Shown here one piece after another: positions 13,601-24,351 of a stretch of 64,000 nt of DNA. The stretch is from Schmidtea nova (taxonomy: Eukaryota). Under the pieces are notes generated by a model. That model was given only the letters and a program-made list of their open reading frames with translations. It did not search any database and was not told the DNA's origin. The stretch's first letter is position 1. Every line of letters begins with the position of its first letter. A program made the position numbers and the translations under genes. The DNA lies in NCBI GenBank assembly GCA_044892505.1, contig CM097883.1, positions 189,658,001-189,722,000 on the forward strand, read 5' to 3'.

Positions 13601-16600
13601 TTGATTAATTTAATATTAAACATCTTTACAATCAATTTGAAAAAAAAACTTTTTCAAGAAAGATATCTTTTATACAGAAATGTTGAAAGAGTTATTGGAA
13701 TCAATTATTTAAATTATTTGTATTATCAGAGTGAACTATTGTAGCTTCAATGAGTTAGTAAATATGTCCAAAAATAAATTAACGCATTTGTTGAAAATAT
13801 AAACTAATAATAGATGTTTGGAATATGTAGTTTCTATGATGCAAATTAATGCGTTTTAATTATAACTTTTAAAATTAATTAATTATTTTTAATTTAAAAT
13901 TTTTTAATTATAATTATAACATTATTATCAGATTTTAATTTTAATATAAATTATTAAACAATCAATTTTTCTGATGGGGATTTGTAAACTTTTAATTTTT
14001 GTTTATAATTTCAAAATTTTTGTTCGAATATTATTCGATATTGATTTTTATTTTTATGTCCAATTTCTAACTTGCCAATTAACAATATTCGTATTAATAT
14101 TTCTAATTAACATTTCTTATTTTAACGTTTGATCATTTCGTTTCTATTTTAGAAATTTTTAATAATTTTTTATAAATACTAGATTAAATTTTTTTAAAAA
14201 AGTAAACGAATTTTTGGCAGTCTTTTTCAAGTGTGTATTTTCTACATGCATGATAAAAGTTGTACAAATAAATAAAAAAATTAAATTTTCAAAAATTAAT
14301 ATTTATTAACTAATTATTTTAATTAATTAATTATTTATTTTTAAAGATTTTTTTATACCTTTGGAAATTTTTATATTAAAATAAATTATTAAATAATTCA
14401 TTTTCCTGATGAGGATTTTGGAATTTTTAATTAATGGTCTTTGTTAGTAATTTTGAAGTTTTTGGGTATTTTGGATATCAATTTTTAATTTTTATATAAA
14501 CAATCAAATTTATAAAATTGGCAATTTATTTTAAATTAATTAATTTAATGTTTTTTTTATTTTCGGCATTCTAAAGATAGCTAATAAAATTTGTATAATA
14601 TTTTAAAAATATACTGTATTATTTCAAAAATTTCAATTTTTTACTTTTTATTAAATTTATTAATTTCTTTTATTTTTGTCTATCAAGCTATACAAAATTT
14701 ATAAATTACTACACACTTTCCTTTCAAAATTTTAATATTTCTTTGGATTATATTTATTTCTGATTTTTAACTGCCTTTGAAAATATTCATCAAAATTAAC
14801 AAATAACTAGATTATTAATTATTCAATTTTTATTGTATTTATAACAATTTTTACGACATTTTTATTTTAAAATAAATTATTAATTCCTTTTCCTGAAGAA
14901 GATTTGTAAATTTTAATTTTTTGACTTTTATTAACAACTTTTTGAGTATTCTTCGATATTGAATTTATTTTCATTTAAACAGTCAAGACTGCAAGATTCG
15001 CAGTAGTATTTAATTAATTGTTTTAATTCCCGTTTTGGCCTGATTATAGGATGAGGTTTTTACCACAAAAGTTCATTATAAATTGAAGATCATCTTATAA
15101 TTGAATCATTAATTTTTGAATAAATTGTAACTGTGGACATTACGCTCTCGCGATGGCCTCATTTGTCTGTATATTACCAGGCTACATTGTTTTATTGCAT
15201 CATTTAATCATTTAAAGAACAAAATATCAGTGATACTGACTCAAGTGAAGTAAGTGAATCAGAAGATAATTCCAGATAAAGCTGATAAATATGATATTAC
15301 TAGTGAAAACTTTGGAAATTAAATGATAACAATGAATTTTTAAGTCATGCTTTTATATATTTTTCACCACTTGTAGACATTATTAAAATTTTAACATAAT
15401 TGTTTAGTATATAATACAATAAATATGACTGAAATAATTAAAAATAAACGCTGTTAATTTTTAACTCCTTTTCCAGCTTCTTTTTTTATCATTGTAAAAA
15501 CAGCTTTGACAAGTACGTTAATTGCTGTAAAGATGATCGAACTTTATACATATACTGCTGTGTAGCAATTTTATACATTTCAAACGCCAATTGATAAGCC
15601 ATTACAGATGTGTCATCGGATTACACGATTAGTTTTCAAAGATTTCAGCAGATTTCTGTGAATCTTCCAAAAAAAATTAAACATTGTCACGTGCTCATAC
15701 AATCATTGGCTTGGAAATGTCATATACAACCGAATAAACTTTTGAAGAATTTGATTTCGAAATGTTTTGTTTCCAACTAATGTCATTGTAACGTTAAATG
15801 CATATTGAAACGTTTCTTAAAAACTTTTTTCCCTTTAAACATTTCCAATCAGTGACTTTGTAATTCAATTATTCTATCGCTTGTTTATGCTGTTGATGTT
15901 CAAGGCACTTTCAATCATCCTATTAACCACATGTTCAAGACGAGAGAAGTTACTGAACTCATTGCCAAATTTACTGGATTTTTATAAGTAACTCATTAAT
16001 ACATTTGGCATTAATCGTTTCGACTTGTTCATTTTCTGCATTAATATCAAATAATTATTTTGCAGAGAGCATAGTTCAATGATTCACCAAATTCACTTAA
16101 ATGGTAATACACCTTTGATGCTAACAATGCTGCTAACTTGTTGTATCGGAAATTTGTGTCTTCATATAGCATTTCAATTTTTGGAATTTCTTCAGATATT
16201 TAAGGCCAACATATGTCTAATGTTTCTTTAATGCGAACCCCTGACTCCTAGAGCTTTATCATCCATTAAAGATAATGTACCGCTTGGTGAGTTTAATGAC
16301 ATGAAGAATACTAAGATTTATTAAAAAATGTTCATTCAAAATATTCAAAGAAATTAAATTCCAAACGTTTAATTTTCAAATTCCAATTCACTTTCGAACC
16401 TAACTCAAAATCATTCTGAACACACTCTAATCGACAACAATAAAACACAAATTGAATTAAGTCTAAATTTAAAAAAACTAAACAAAGCCTTGAAAAAAAT
16501 CAAAAATACCCTCTAATAATTAGATACAGGCAGATGTACACATATCACATGCACGCAAATCAAAATACACACATGCGAATTGACCATACACCGATCCAAA

Positions 16601-19047
16601 ATTATATTCCACAAAATATATTTCGAAAAATTCCTTCTCATCATCATGTGCTTTTCAGTCAAACATTCCATTCCAGCTCCGAAAAACTACAACGTCAATC
16701 ACAGATTTAAATTGATAAACTCTTATTATTGAACTTAGTGAACAATTTAATGTAATTGGTGTTTAAATATATGTATTATATTATTTAGTTAGATTTTATT
16801 TTTTTTATGAATGAAAGCGAAATCGATGAAATCAAGACGAAAAACAACTCGTCAATAACTTGAATGTTTATTAAAATGCGAATGATTTTCTTTTAGTCTT
16901 TATAACACAGAATAGATTAAGGGACTAAAAATGGGCATTAAATCTTCTATCAGTCACACTTGAACCCACTGTGATGTTTGGTCATTAGTTTCGATTTTCG
17001 ACGCTCACTGTTTGCGAACATCCACTCATTTGTTACATTACCAACATTACACACACATATATATATATATATATTTTAAATAAATTTATCTTAGAAACAT
17101 TTTTAAAAAAAAATTTTCAAGAATATTTTACAACTATTTTTGTATTTGTAAACAACAGTATGATTAAAGACCAAACCCACCATCATCATCAATTGACAAT
17201 GCTATGAAACTCGAATGATTTCTTTTTTGAAAAATAACAAGTCTGTAGAAAAGGAAAAGATTAAGAATTAAATACATTATATTCCAATCTACAATAGTTG
17301 ATGAACGAAATCCTTGGATTTTGAAATCGCTAATTTTTGACAGCATAACTTGTTGATTTTTATTGATTGTGCTGGGACTCGGCATTGTTTGCACATTACA
17401 CATATTGTGTTTGGGATTCGATGGTTTTTGGTTGAATACCTTATTGGTTTCAATATGCATAAACGATTGTTGGGTCTGATTGTCATCCATTGGACCGACA
17501 TCTGAAAACTCATTAACCTGACTCATATTACAGCCACTGAAAATCGAAAACTCGTTAGAAATGTTTAGCAACGAGAAATATTGGGGATTGTTTTGAAATT
17601 GTTGGAGTAATAGGCGGAGTACATAACTGAGACAAAGATGAAAGAATTCCCGTATTCAATGACTGATGATTGTTACTGACACGATCCGATAGTTTATAGT
17701 ATTCGAATCAGATAGCTTCTTTTCACTTGGTATTTCCACAGATCTCTGATTCGTCGCAACGTTTGGATTTAAAAATAATTCATTTGATTTCACTTCCGAT
17801 TTTGATTTGATAATTGTAAATTCTTCTTGGAGCATGTTCGTCATGTTGATTTTTTTAATGTGAGAAAAAGGAGCGTTTTTGCTTATTTAAAACAAAATGA
17901 AAAAAATTTATTATATATCATAATAAATTAATAATTTAATTATTAAATTAATGTCATAATTAAATTGAAAAGTCCGAGGCACTACAAAGTCTAGCTTTTT
18001 TCAATAAAAATTGCGGAGTGTCATATTCTGGCAAATATGGTAGTTGGAGATCTTTAATTTAAAGTTTTTACTTTTAATTGTAACATTCAGGATTAATATT
18101 TAATTAATTAATTTTAATTGAGTTTTAAATTAAATTAAATTTTGATATTTTAAAATGAACATTTAAATATTTAACATTTTGCATACTTCAATTTTTAATA
18201 TTTAATTGTAATATAATCTACATCAATAACCAAAAATAATCAAAAATAATCAATAATAATCAATCCGAATAATAATCAATCTGAATAATCAATAAATTTT
18301 ATAAATCAATAAATAATTGATAATCTATAATAATCAATAATAACTAACCCATGACATCAAATGCTTCCTGGGATCTGCTAGGCTATTTACATTAATATAA
18401 GATTTTTTAATCCGGCATCCTAAAAGAATAAACATAAATTACATTGAAAAACAACTCAATAATTGCAATAAACCTATTTCCGGTAAAGCTTTACAAATCT
18501 GCCAATTGGTTTCACATCGGAAATCCAGTGAAATTTGCTGAAATGCTAATCCTATAACAAAAGCACCAATTTATAAATATAAAATCAAACAAAAAATATT
18601 TGAATAACTTGAATAATCAATAACTGCCTCATTGGATTTCTGAAAAAAATTACAAACAGGGACTGATTTACCAATTATGTAAGTGCTTAAAATATTTTTT
18701 AAAAATTTTTCCAAAAGAATTTGTCGTTCATTTACTAAATTCATGTCAAATTTCCCAAACATTTTTTTCGGTGGTAATTGTGTATTGAATTGGCAATTTT
18801 TCAATGATTTCTTCAATGCATCGAAGTCGGAATAGCGTTTAACTATTGAATATGATTCTCCCGGTAAAGCTTGATTGGAACTAAAAGTAAGTCTGATAGG
18901 ATATTCCTAATAGTAATAATGAATATTAAATGAAATTTTAAAAAAATATGAATTACTTACGACATATTCCGTTAAATAATGAGGAGTTTCAATCATTACT
19001 GATAAATAAAGTCCTTCAAATGACGTATAAGTGGATTTCTGATTCAT
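1698..19047 (-). CDS. PXK: PX domain-containing protein kinase-like (PXK/MONaKA) gene, multi-exon; C-terminal exons below 1698 not resolved
   Basis: Phase-consistent GT-AG exons: 19047-18961, 18906-18609, 18551-18474, 18419-18349, 9692-9615, 9575-~9471 (last base in N run), 5342-5207, 1992-1865, 1821-1698. Peptides: TEYV|[34 protein letters not shown] (PX); [37 protein letters not shown]; SEFGPEY; [22 protein letters not shown]; [50 protein letters not shown]; [17 protein letters not shown]. These are collinear with human PXK as I recall it. Confidence 0.93.
2486..3810 (-). mobile_element. Near-intact Tc1/IS630-like DNA transposon, 1325 bp, 97-bp TIRs, TA-flanked
   Basis: TIRs 2486-2582 and 3714-3810 (GGGGTGTGCATAATT...) match with 2 mismatches and contain ~3.5 copies of a 21-bp unit. 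TATA flanks both sides. Inserted in a PXK intron. Confidence 0.95.
2655..3688 (-). CDS. DD34E transposase (~344 aa) split by one -1 frameshift in an A8 run near codon 32
   Basis: ATG at 3688 reads [32 protein letters not shown]. The -1 frame continues [22 protein letters not shown] into the 2655-3530 ORF with [17 protein letters not shown] and [12 protein letters not shown]; there are 34 residues between the second D and the E. Confidence 0.9.
4525..5091 (+). mobile_element. Decayed mariner relic, same family as the 11183-12471 element
   Basis: [37 protein letters not shown] and YDNAPIHTS parallel the 11-12 kb copy. The end tctcactacttattgggcgaaacacg resembles that copy's TIR tctcacgacttattgggcgcaccacg. 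Confidence 0.85.
7622..8374 (+). CDS. Intronless atypical Pim-like Ser/Thr kinase (250 aa), nested antisense in a PXK intron
   Basis: Open 250-aa ORF with VVIK (catalytic Lys), [15 protein letters not shown] (catalytic loop), KILDYE (DFG variant), GTVGFCSPE and [14 protein letters not shown]. No GxGxxG loop; an in-frame TGA lies at 7610-7612 just upstream. Confidence 0.85.
   Translation: MIINLSKPENNSKCNKKNKTVVIKSFSKSATHLFIKNANYPFLIPIEMHFNQLINDNKICPKILDHFQDEMEFAVVMEHLNGKWIELHEYVSTKYRLERCIKKIIQNVMIALEKLINKGIYHLDIKPQNIMFNKATYQVKILDYEDALYDVENSYPNCNRYAGTVGFCSPEVLQKIRYDVKKSMVFMLGSLIYSCMESTMPFELKGNKYIENTKFTRCSDTVVDLFQHCTCFEPHRRMNLSDIRNYIWLQ
8758..9505 (-). repeat. Tandem array (~220-260 bp period, 4 visible units) containing the 3' end and donor site of PXK exon 6
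   Basis: (c/a)acattaaatcatgaagagaaccaa recurs at 8761, 9018, 9236 and 9475, separated by N runs. On the minus strand it encodes GSLHDLM(C/W/L)K, followed by gtaaa in two copies. Confidence 0.75.
11183..12471 (-). mobile_element. Full-length (1289 bp) mariner DD34D element, inactivated by frameshifts and a stop
   Basis: TA-flanked TIRs CGTGGTG(T/C)GCCCAATAAGTCGTGAGACTAA. Fragments: [58 protein letters not shown] (34 residues between the last two Ds). Confidence 0.95.
13950..15000. repeat. Highly degenerate AT-rich tandem repeat, ~430-490 bp period, 3 units
   Basis: A block aaattatt..ttt(c/t)ctga(t/a)g..gatttg(t/g)aa..ttttaattt..tatt.t..gatat recurs near 13950, 14385 and 14870. Confidence 0.5.
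15490..16302 (-). pseudogene. PSMD1: Intronless, decayed 5' fragment (~270 codons) of 26S proteasome regulatory subunit Rpn2/PSMD1
   Basis: From ATG 16302: [136 protein letters not shown]. Collinear with the PSMD1 N-terminus ([31 protein letters not shown]). Several stops and frameshifts. Confidence 0.9.
16694..17051 (-). repeat. LTR-like repeat, copy 1 (~360 bp)
   Basis: Roughly 85% identical by eye to 22208-22578. On the minus strand it starts TGTAAT. A 15-nt deletion removes the terminal A and the start of the PBS-like motif seen in copy 2. Confidence 0.65.
17164..17844 (-). other. Unidentified reading frame (226 codons, one internal TGA) inside the large PXK intron
   Basis: ORFs 17656-17844 and 17164-17571 share a frame and are separated only by TGA at 17656-17658. 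There are S/T/P/N-rich segments and possible ~50-nt GT-AG introns, but no recognisable domain. Confidence 0.3.
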
Positions 19048-19959
19048 TGCAATTGAAATAATAAATTTTCAAATTAAATTGTATAATTGAAATATTTATG
19101 ATAATATTCAAACAAAATACCGAATAAAAAAATTGCAAATATGTAATCAAAAAAATAAATATTTAAATAAAAGATTATGTAAAATTATAAGTGTAATATT
19201 ATTTATTTTTGTCAACCCCCTTCCAAGAAAAAGAAATAAAGAACGCGAAATATCTATATTAAGACTTACTATAGAGATTTACTATACTGATTATGGATCA
19301 CTGAAAATAAAGCAATTCAAAATAAAATTAATGAAACAATACAGGATTTCTGAATCAAAATATCAATCTTAAAAATTTAACATAATTATTAAACTACTTT
19401 TAGACACCCAATTAAGTAATTTTTTTATTATTTTGTTCCACTTCTAAAAAAAATTGTTTGTAATGAAATAATAGTTAGTTAATTAATAATTTTAAAATAT
19501 TTTGCAATAATAAACATGAATATATGCTACAAAATCACCACAGCTGTCTCAGTACTGATTTTAGAGAAAAACCTGCTGAACTTAACAAATTCTTCACATA
19601 AGGTTTCTAACAAATACTAGCATTAGAATAAGATTAAGATTAAACTATCAAAATTTATTTATAATTATTAGGGTAAAAAGAAAAACTAATAAATCATTTC
19701 AATGAGTTATCATTCCTTAACTCTGTAGATATACCATAGTAACTTCATAACTATTTATAGTTATTAGTAAACCGTCGTGGTGGGTCACTGATAACAAATG
19801 ACCTTGACTGTTACTATGGTTCAAAACATCAACAACTAAACACATAAAACATTGGTTGACCATATTGCTACTCGCTACAATGTAACATTGGTTATGCAAT
19901 AAATGGGTGAACATTTGTGATGGTGCATGAGTAGTTTTGAAATTTTATGTTATTCACAA

Positions 19960-21480
19960 TGGATTATTACAACCCACACCCAATCATAAAATGTTAACTA
20001 CCTCACTCGTGTACCCATAGTTACTCCTTGGCAAACTATGTTGGTAATGTACACTGTGGTGTACGAGAATCTAGTGAGCAGGTAGGCTTCGTTGCCAAAA
20101 CTACTCCTCACTATATCCATTCTTTTGAGTTTCTGCTGTCGATAATAGGACATCTCTCTACGCACATCTCTATTTTTCGGTCCTTTTGCATTTGTAATTC
20201 CAAGCTTTATATTACTTTACCTATCGTAGATATACGGTTAGTTATCCACCAATATTTCTAAATAACTATTTTGCCTATATACCCTTACCTGCTTAAATCT
20301 ACTCTTGAATGACTTCAAATTATACCCTTTCGATAATCTACCACGTACAGTCTTTCAATTAAAAGTTATTTTATATTAAAGTAATTTAAATTTGGCAGAG
20401 CATGAGAACAAAAATCATAATTTAAACGTGTAACCCATAACCTATCATAACCTATTTAAGTTTAATTAGCTATGCACACAGATCCGCGTAACTCTAAAAG
20501 TCGCGACGGTTGTTGGCTTCAGTCTCGTGGCTTTCACCACAAAGGTTGCAACTATATGATATTATTTATGAAACAAAACATGATGAAGGTTTAACCAATA
20601 CTTAAAATAACAAAATCAGAACAACAAAGAAAAATTCACCTTTATTGCTCAATTGTTTTTACATTATACAGAAATCGACTCTTGAATAGCATTGCAAAAT
20701 AAAATGGTGCTGGCTGGTAGAATCACCTTTGCTTTTCACAAAATTGTGGTTGTTATTTGGTTAAAATTATGATTTTTCACCGTCTATCTATGCTATTTTT
20801 AAATGACGCCTACGCATTGTGTTTGCTAAATATGAATATGAATATTTTAATTTATTATTAATATCAATAATTCCCATAATGAATGACTATAGATCAAAGT
20901 TTCTTTAATACACACTTGATAACAGCTGTGCCGAAATATCGTGTACTTATTTAAAGAAATTTTGATCTATAGTCATTCATTATGGGAATTATTGATATTA
21001 ATAATAAAAAAAGATCAAAGGTTGAAAAAGATAATTATGATAATTTAATTTATGTATTAATTTTAATATTTCACTTAATTTTATTTTAATTTTATAATTA
21101 ATTTTATTTATTTTCTAAATATTCATTTTTAGTTCCATTAAATGACGTGTGTATTCTTTTTTGCGCGTATTAATTGACTGATTAAAACTATTAAATTTTA
21201 TATCAAAAAATTATTTTCCTTCCTATTTCTGTTGTTTTTACGATATTCAATGGTGATTTCTTCTTTATTTTTTAAAAAATTATTTTCTCTATTTTTATAA
21301 CCATTTTATTATTTAATCATGCGGACTTTCGTATGTAAATCGGAACTGCACCCAAATTGTGCACTCTCTTCTGAGATGCCTTTTTCTATCATTCTCGCTT
21401 TAACTCAGCTGACTTATGGGATGCGGTTCGTATGACTATTGTTTGCACTTTAATATTCTGATTGTATACTGATTCCCTTG
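19960..21480. repeat. Unclassified ~1.5 kb dispersed repeat, copy 1
   Basis: Collinear similarity blocks to 25985-27525 in the same orientation: tgttaa..acctcac..catagt.actcctt.g.aaactatgtt; gctggctgg.agaa; aattatgatttttca; gcgg.ctttcgtatgtaaat. Confidence 0.7.
20851..21045. repeat. Palindromic (foldback) element, copy A: ~58-bp arms, 42-nt loop, one-sided tail
   Basis: Arms 20851-20908 and 20951-21008 (..atcaataattcccataatgaatgactatagatcaaa..) are near-perfect inverted repeats. Tail: aaaaaagatcaaag..aaaaagataattatgat. Confidence 0.9.
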
Positions 21481-21499
21481 AAGACGCATATTAAGCTTG

Positions 21500-22165
21500 T
21501 TAAAATGGTTTGTAATATCTGCAAAAAACCTTAACTTCAACACCCAGAGTTTATCATCGAGTTAATGAAAGTTCTCTTCTATTTCAATCAAAGAAATTTG
21601 GATGACATCAATGGGAGAAATAAATCTGTTCAAAACTTTTTCCCTACTAAGCCAGCGTACTTCTGCATGCAAAAGCAAATCACCATATTCCGATTCTATT
21701 TCCTTTTAAAAATTTTTGAACTGTCTGTGGACTAGCAAAGAACGAACTGCGATTATATTAACAATTTTAACTACAACACTCATAATGTCAGTGAATTGTT
21801 TGGCAGAGGGTTTTGCACATAAGCTCTATTCATGAATCACACAACGAAATGATAGAAGTAGACGTTCAAGTCATTTTTCCAATAATTTTACAAAACCAAC
21901 ATTCTTTCCTAACATTGGGGTGTACCATCAGTAGTAAGTGAGAAAAGTTTATTTTTTAAATTCAGAGATTTTCCATTTTTAAAATTAATAAATGTCATTA
22001 TGTTTTTAAAAATATCAACGCCTTTTGTCGTACATGTCATAGGCGCAAGTTCACAAAGTTCCTCATGTATCTTTGGAGAATTAATAAATCCGTATTGTTC
22101 AACTATTGACAGCCTAGCAATATTATTAATATCTGTGCTTTCATCGTTAGCTAAGCTAATAATAT
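21500..22165 (-). mobile_element. Decayed hAT transposase fragment (Charlie/SPIN/GTF2IRD2-like)
   Basis: SLANDESTDINNIARLSI, SLTTDGTP, FRCVIHE*SLC, VVKIVNII..HRQFKNF and EYGDLLLHAEVRWLSREKVLNRF are the hallmark motifs of this hAT group. Confidence 0.88.
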
Positions 22166-22186
22166 TACAAAAAAATATCCGAAAAA

Positions 22187-22578
22187 CTACAACGGATACC
22201 ATTGATCTGTCAATCACGGATTTAAATTGATAAACTCTTATTACTGAATTTAGTGTACAATTTAATGTATTTGGTGTTTAATTATATGTATTATGTTATT
22301 TAGTTCGATTTTATTTTTTTTGAATGAGAGCGAAATCGATGAAATCAAGACGAAATACAACTCGTCAAAAAATTGAATGTTTTTTAAAAATCGAATGATT
22401 TTCTCGAATTTTCTTTTAGTCTTCATAACACAGAATAGATTAAGGGACTAAAAAATGAGCAATAAACCTTCTATCGGTCGCCCTTGAACCCACTGTGATG
22501 TTCGGTCATTCACAGTTTTGATTTTCGACGCTCACTGTTTGCGAACATCCACCCATTTGTTGCATTACCAACGTTACA
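22187..22578 (-). repeat. LTR-like repeat, copy 2 (371 bp, TG...CA) followed by a PBS-like motif
   Basis: Minus strand reads TGTAACG...AATAAA...GTGATTGACA (22578-22208), a 6-nt spacer, then TGGTATCCGTTGTAG (22201-22187). Confidence 0.65.
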
Positions 22579-23537
22579 TTGTGTCGGGCAACAAGATGAT
22601 TTCAACTAATATTTTATGTGTTGAGTTGTTGATGATGAGCCATAGCAACGTAAAGTTCATATTGACGATCAACAACCCACCACTAGTATAACTATTGATA
22701 TTTATCTATTTTTAGATTCCAAAATTTAAATTCCAAAATTTGACGATGTTATTTTTGATAGTAAGATGTTTTTATTGTTTGCCTTAAATCACATTGATTT
22801 TATAACTTTCTTTTAGGTATTAGTCTTCATATAAGTCTAACTTGTTCAATGAATGTAAATTAAATTCATCTTCGTTTAATTTTATCCTAATTTATTAAGA
22901 TTTCCCGATCTTGCGAGTCTGATGGTCAAATCTCTCGCATAAAGATAACTTCTAAAATTATTTCTTCTAATTTAGCAATGTTAAATCACTATTCGAAGCT
23001 AAATTATAAAATCGATGAGCTCTTACCGTTGGATAAATATTTCAAAGGTATAGTTTTATTGCACAATTGTTCTAAATTTATACATGATTTTTGTAGATTT
23101 CTTTTTAATATCAATTTAAGATGCATCGATTAGTTATCTGAATCTCAATTAGCAACATTTCCGAGAAAAGCAAGGGGATCAAAGATAATTCAATTACGCG
23201 TTCTACTTCAAATTCGATTTTTGAATTATTCTATATTGCTAGTTTTTACATTCTCCTAACTTGGAACTATTACTTGTAAAATCTGTGAGTTTATTTTTTG
23301 TTTGAAGTTTTCTTTTAAGTTTTAGTAAACGAATAAAATCTTGTCTTTTTATTTTATGAACTTAATGGAGTAAAAATATTTTCCTGAATGTAGGCTGCTT
23401 TTTTTGCGTAGACATAAATTTGGCAGGGCTTTATGAAGATTTATATTTATCAATTAAGACCCAATAAATCAATAAAAATATGTTACACTCTAAGTGGTGA
23501 TTTCTTGGTGTGTGTTGCCGGTTGTTGTTTTTGTTAA

Positions 23538-23657
23538 TCGCGTCTGTGTGCGCAGTGGGTTTCTTCGCGTCTGTGTGCGCTGCAATTTGTTTTGGTTACT
23601 CGCGTCTGTGTGCGCGTTTCGACATTTTTTAAAAGAATTTATCGCGTCTGTGTGCGC
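23538..23657 (+). repeat. Four perfect copies of the 16-mer TCGCGTCTGTGTGCGC with unique 11/19/26-nt spacers
   Basis: Copies start at 23538, 23565, 23600 and 23642. They form a CpG-rich island just downstream of tgttaca-ctctaag-tggtg (possible LTR end and PBS, ~23481-23499). Confidence 0.9.
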
Positions 23658-24002
23658 AGGTTTTTTTAATGGATTGGAAATGCTCCAATATCGATTGGAT
23701 TTTTAATTCTCAGATTGATTTGGATTTTGCGTTGTTTAATTATTCCAATTGGGAAAATTGGTCTTTTCTCGAACTTTGTGGTATTTGAATTTGGATGTGT
23801 TATGGTCCAACGGGAAATGATTTATCAAATGAAACGGATATGGGGACGGATTATGACAAATATGAAAAAGCCACCACAAGTTTCATTCGTAGATGCCAGA
23901 GAATTATTTCAATTCAAATGAATGTTAATGTTTTCGCGTGTCTCTGACGATAATCTTCCTGACGATCGCTTCAAAGTCGATCAAAATGGAAATTCCCGTA
24001 GA

Positions 24003-24345
24003 TTATTGGCAAAAGAAAATCTGCTGAGATCGCTATTTTCTCACCATCAGTTTGTATCGTTCTATATATACAGTTGTGGCATTAGGTGATTCGTTCTCAT
24101 CTTGGTGAAGAAGCATATTCTGCAACAATTTACATTGTTATGATGGACTCAAGTGACACTGCCAATAATAGGCGCTTTTTCGCATTTGATGATTGACAAT
24201 TTATTTAATGGAATTATGTGGTTTTCAATGACAGTTTTTATGAATTTATGTAATGATATTATGGCATATATGGTTGGGTTTTTCGTCGGAAGTAGTCCGC
24301 TAATTATATTTTATTCATTGGGTTTTGCTTATATTTTCTCTCAAG
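24003..24345 (+). pseudogene. CDS: Intronless decayed internal fragment of phosphatidate cytidylyltransferase (CDP-DAG synthase, CDS1/2-like)
   Basis: LLAKENLLRSLFSHHQFVSFYIYSCGIR*FVLILVKKHILQQFTLL*WTQVTLPIIGAFSHLMIDNLFNGIMWFSMTVFMNLCNDIMAYMVGFFVGSSPLI. Collinear with metazoan CDS (HRFISF..FVLSLVKKHY.LQF..WTHVTL..SHLVIHNLFEGMIWF..CNDIMAYMFGFFFGRTPLI). Two TGA stops. Confidence 0.88.
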
Positions 24346-24351
24346 CCTTGA

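Noticed and set aside
15120-15195. Possible third, downstream copy of the LTR-like repeat closing a PSMD1-carrying element
   Set aside because: Only short scattered matches (actgtg, acgctc, ctcatttgt, attacca) and no adjacent polypurine tract.
23538-23657. Mini CRISPR-like array
   Set aside because: Repeats are only 16 bp, spacers are irregular (11-26 nt), the context is a retroelement and there are no cas genes. Kept only as a repeat.
17656-24150. In-frame TGA codons suggesting stop-codon reassignment or selenocysteine
   Set aside because: PXK and ankyrin translate cleanly with the standard code and use TGG for Trp. One TGA in the CDS fragment aligns to Gly (GGA to TGA), consistent with decay.
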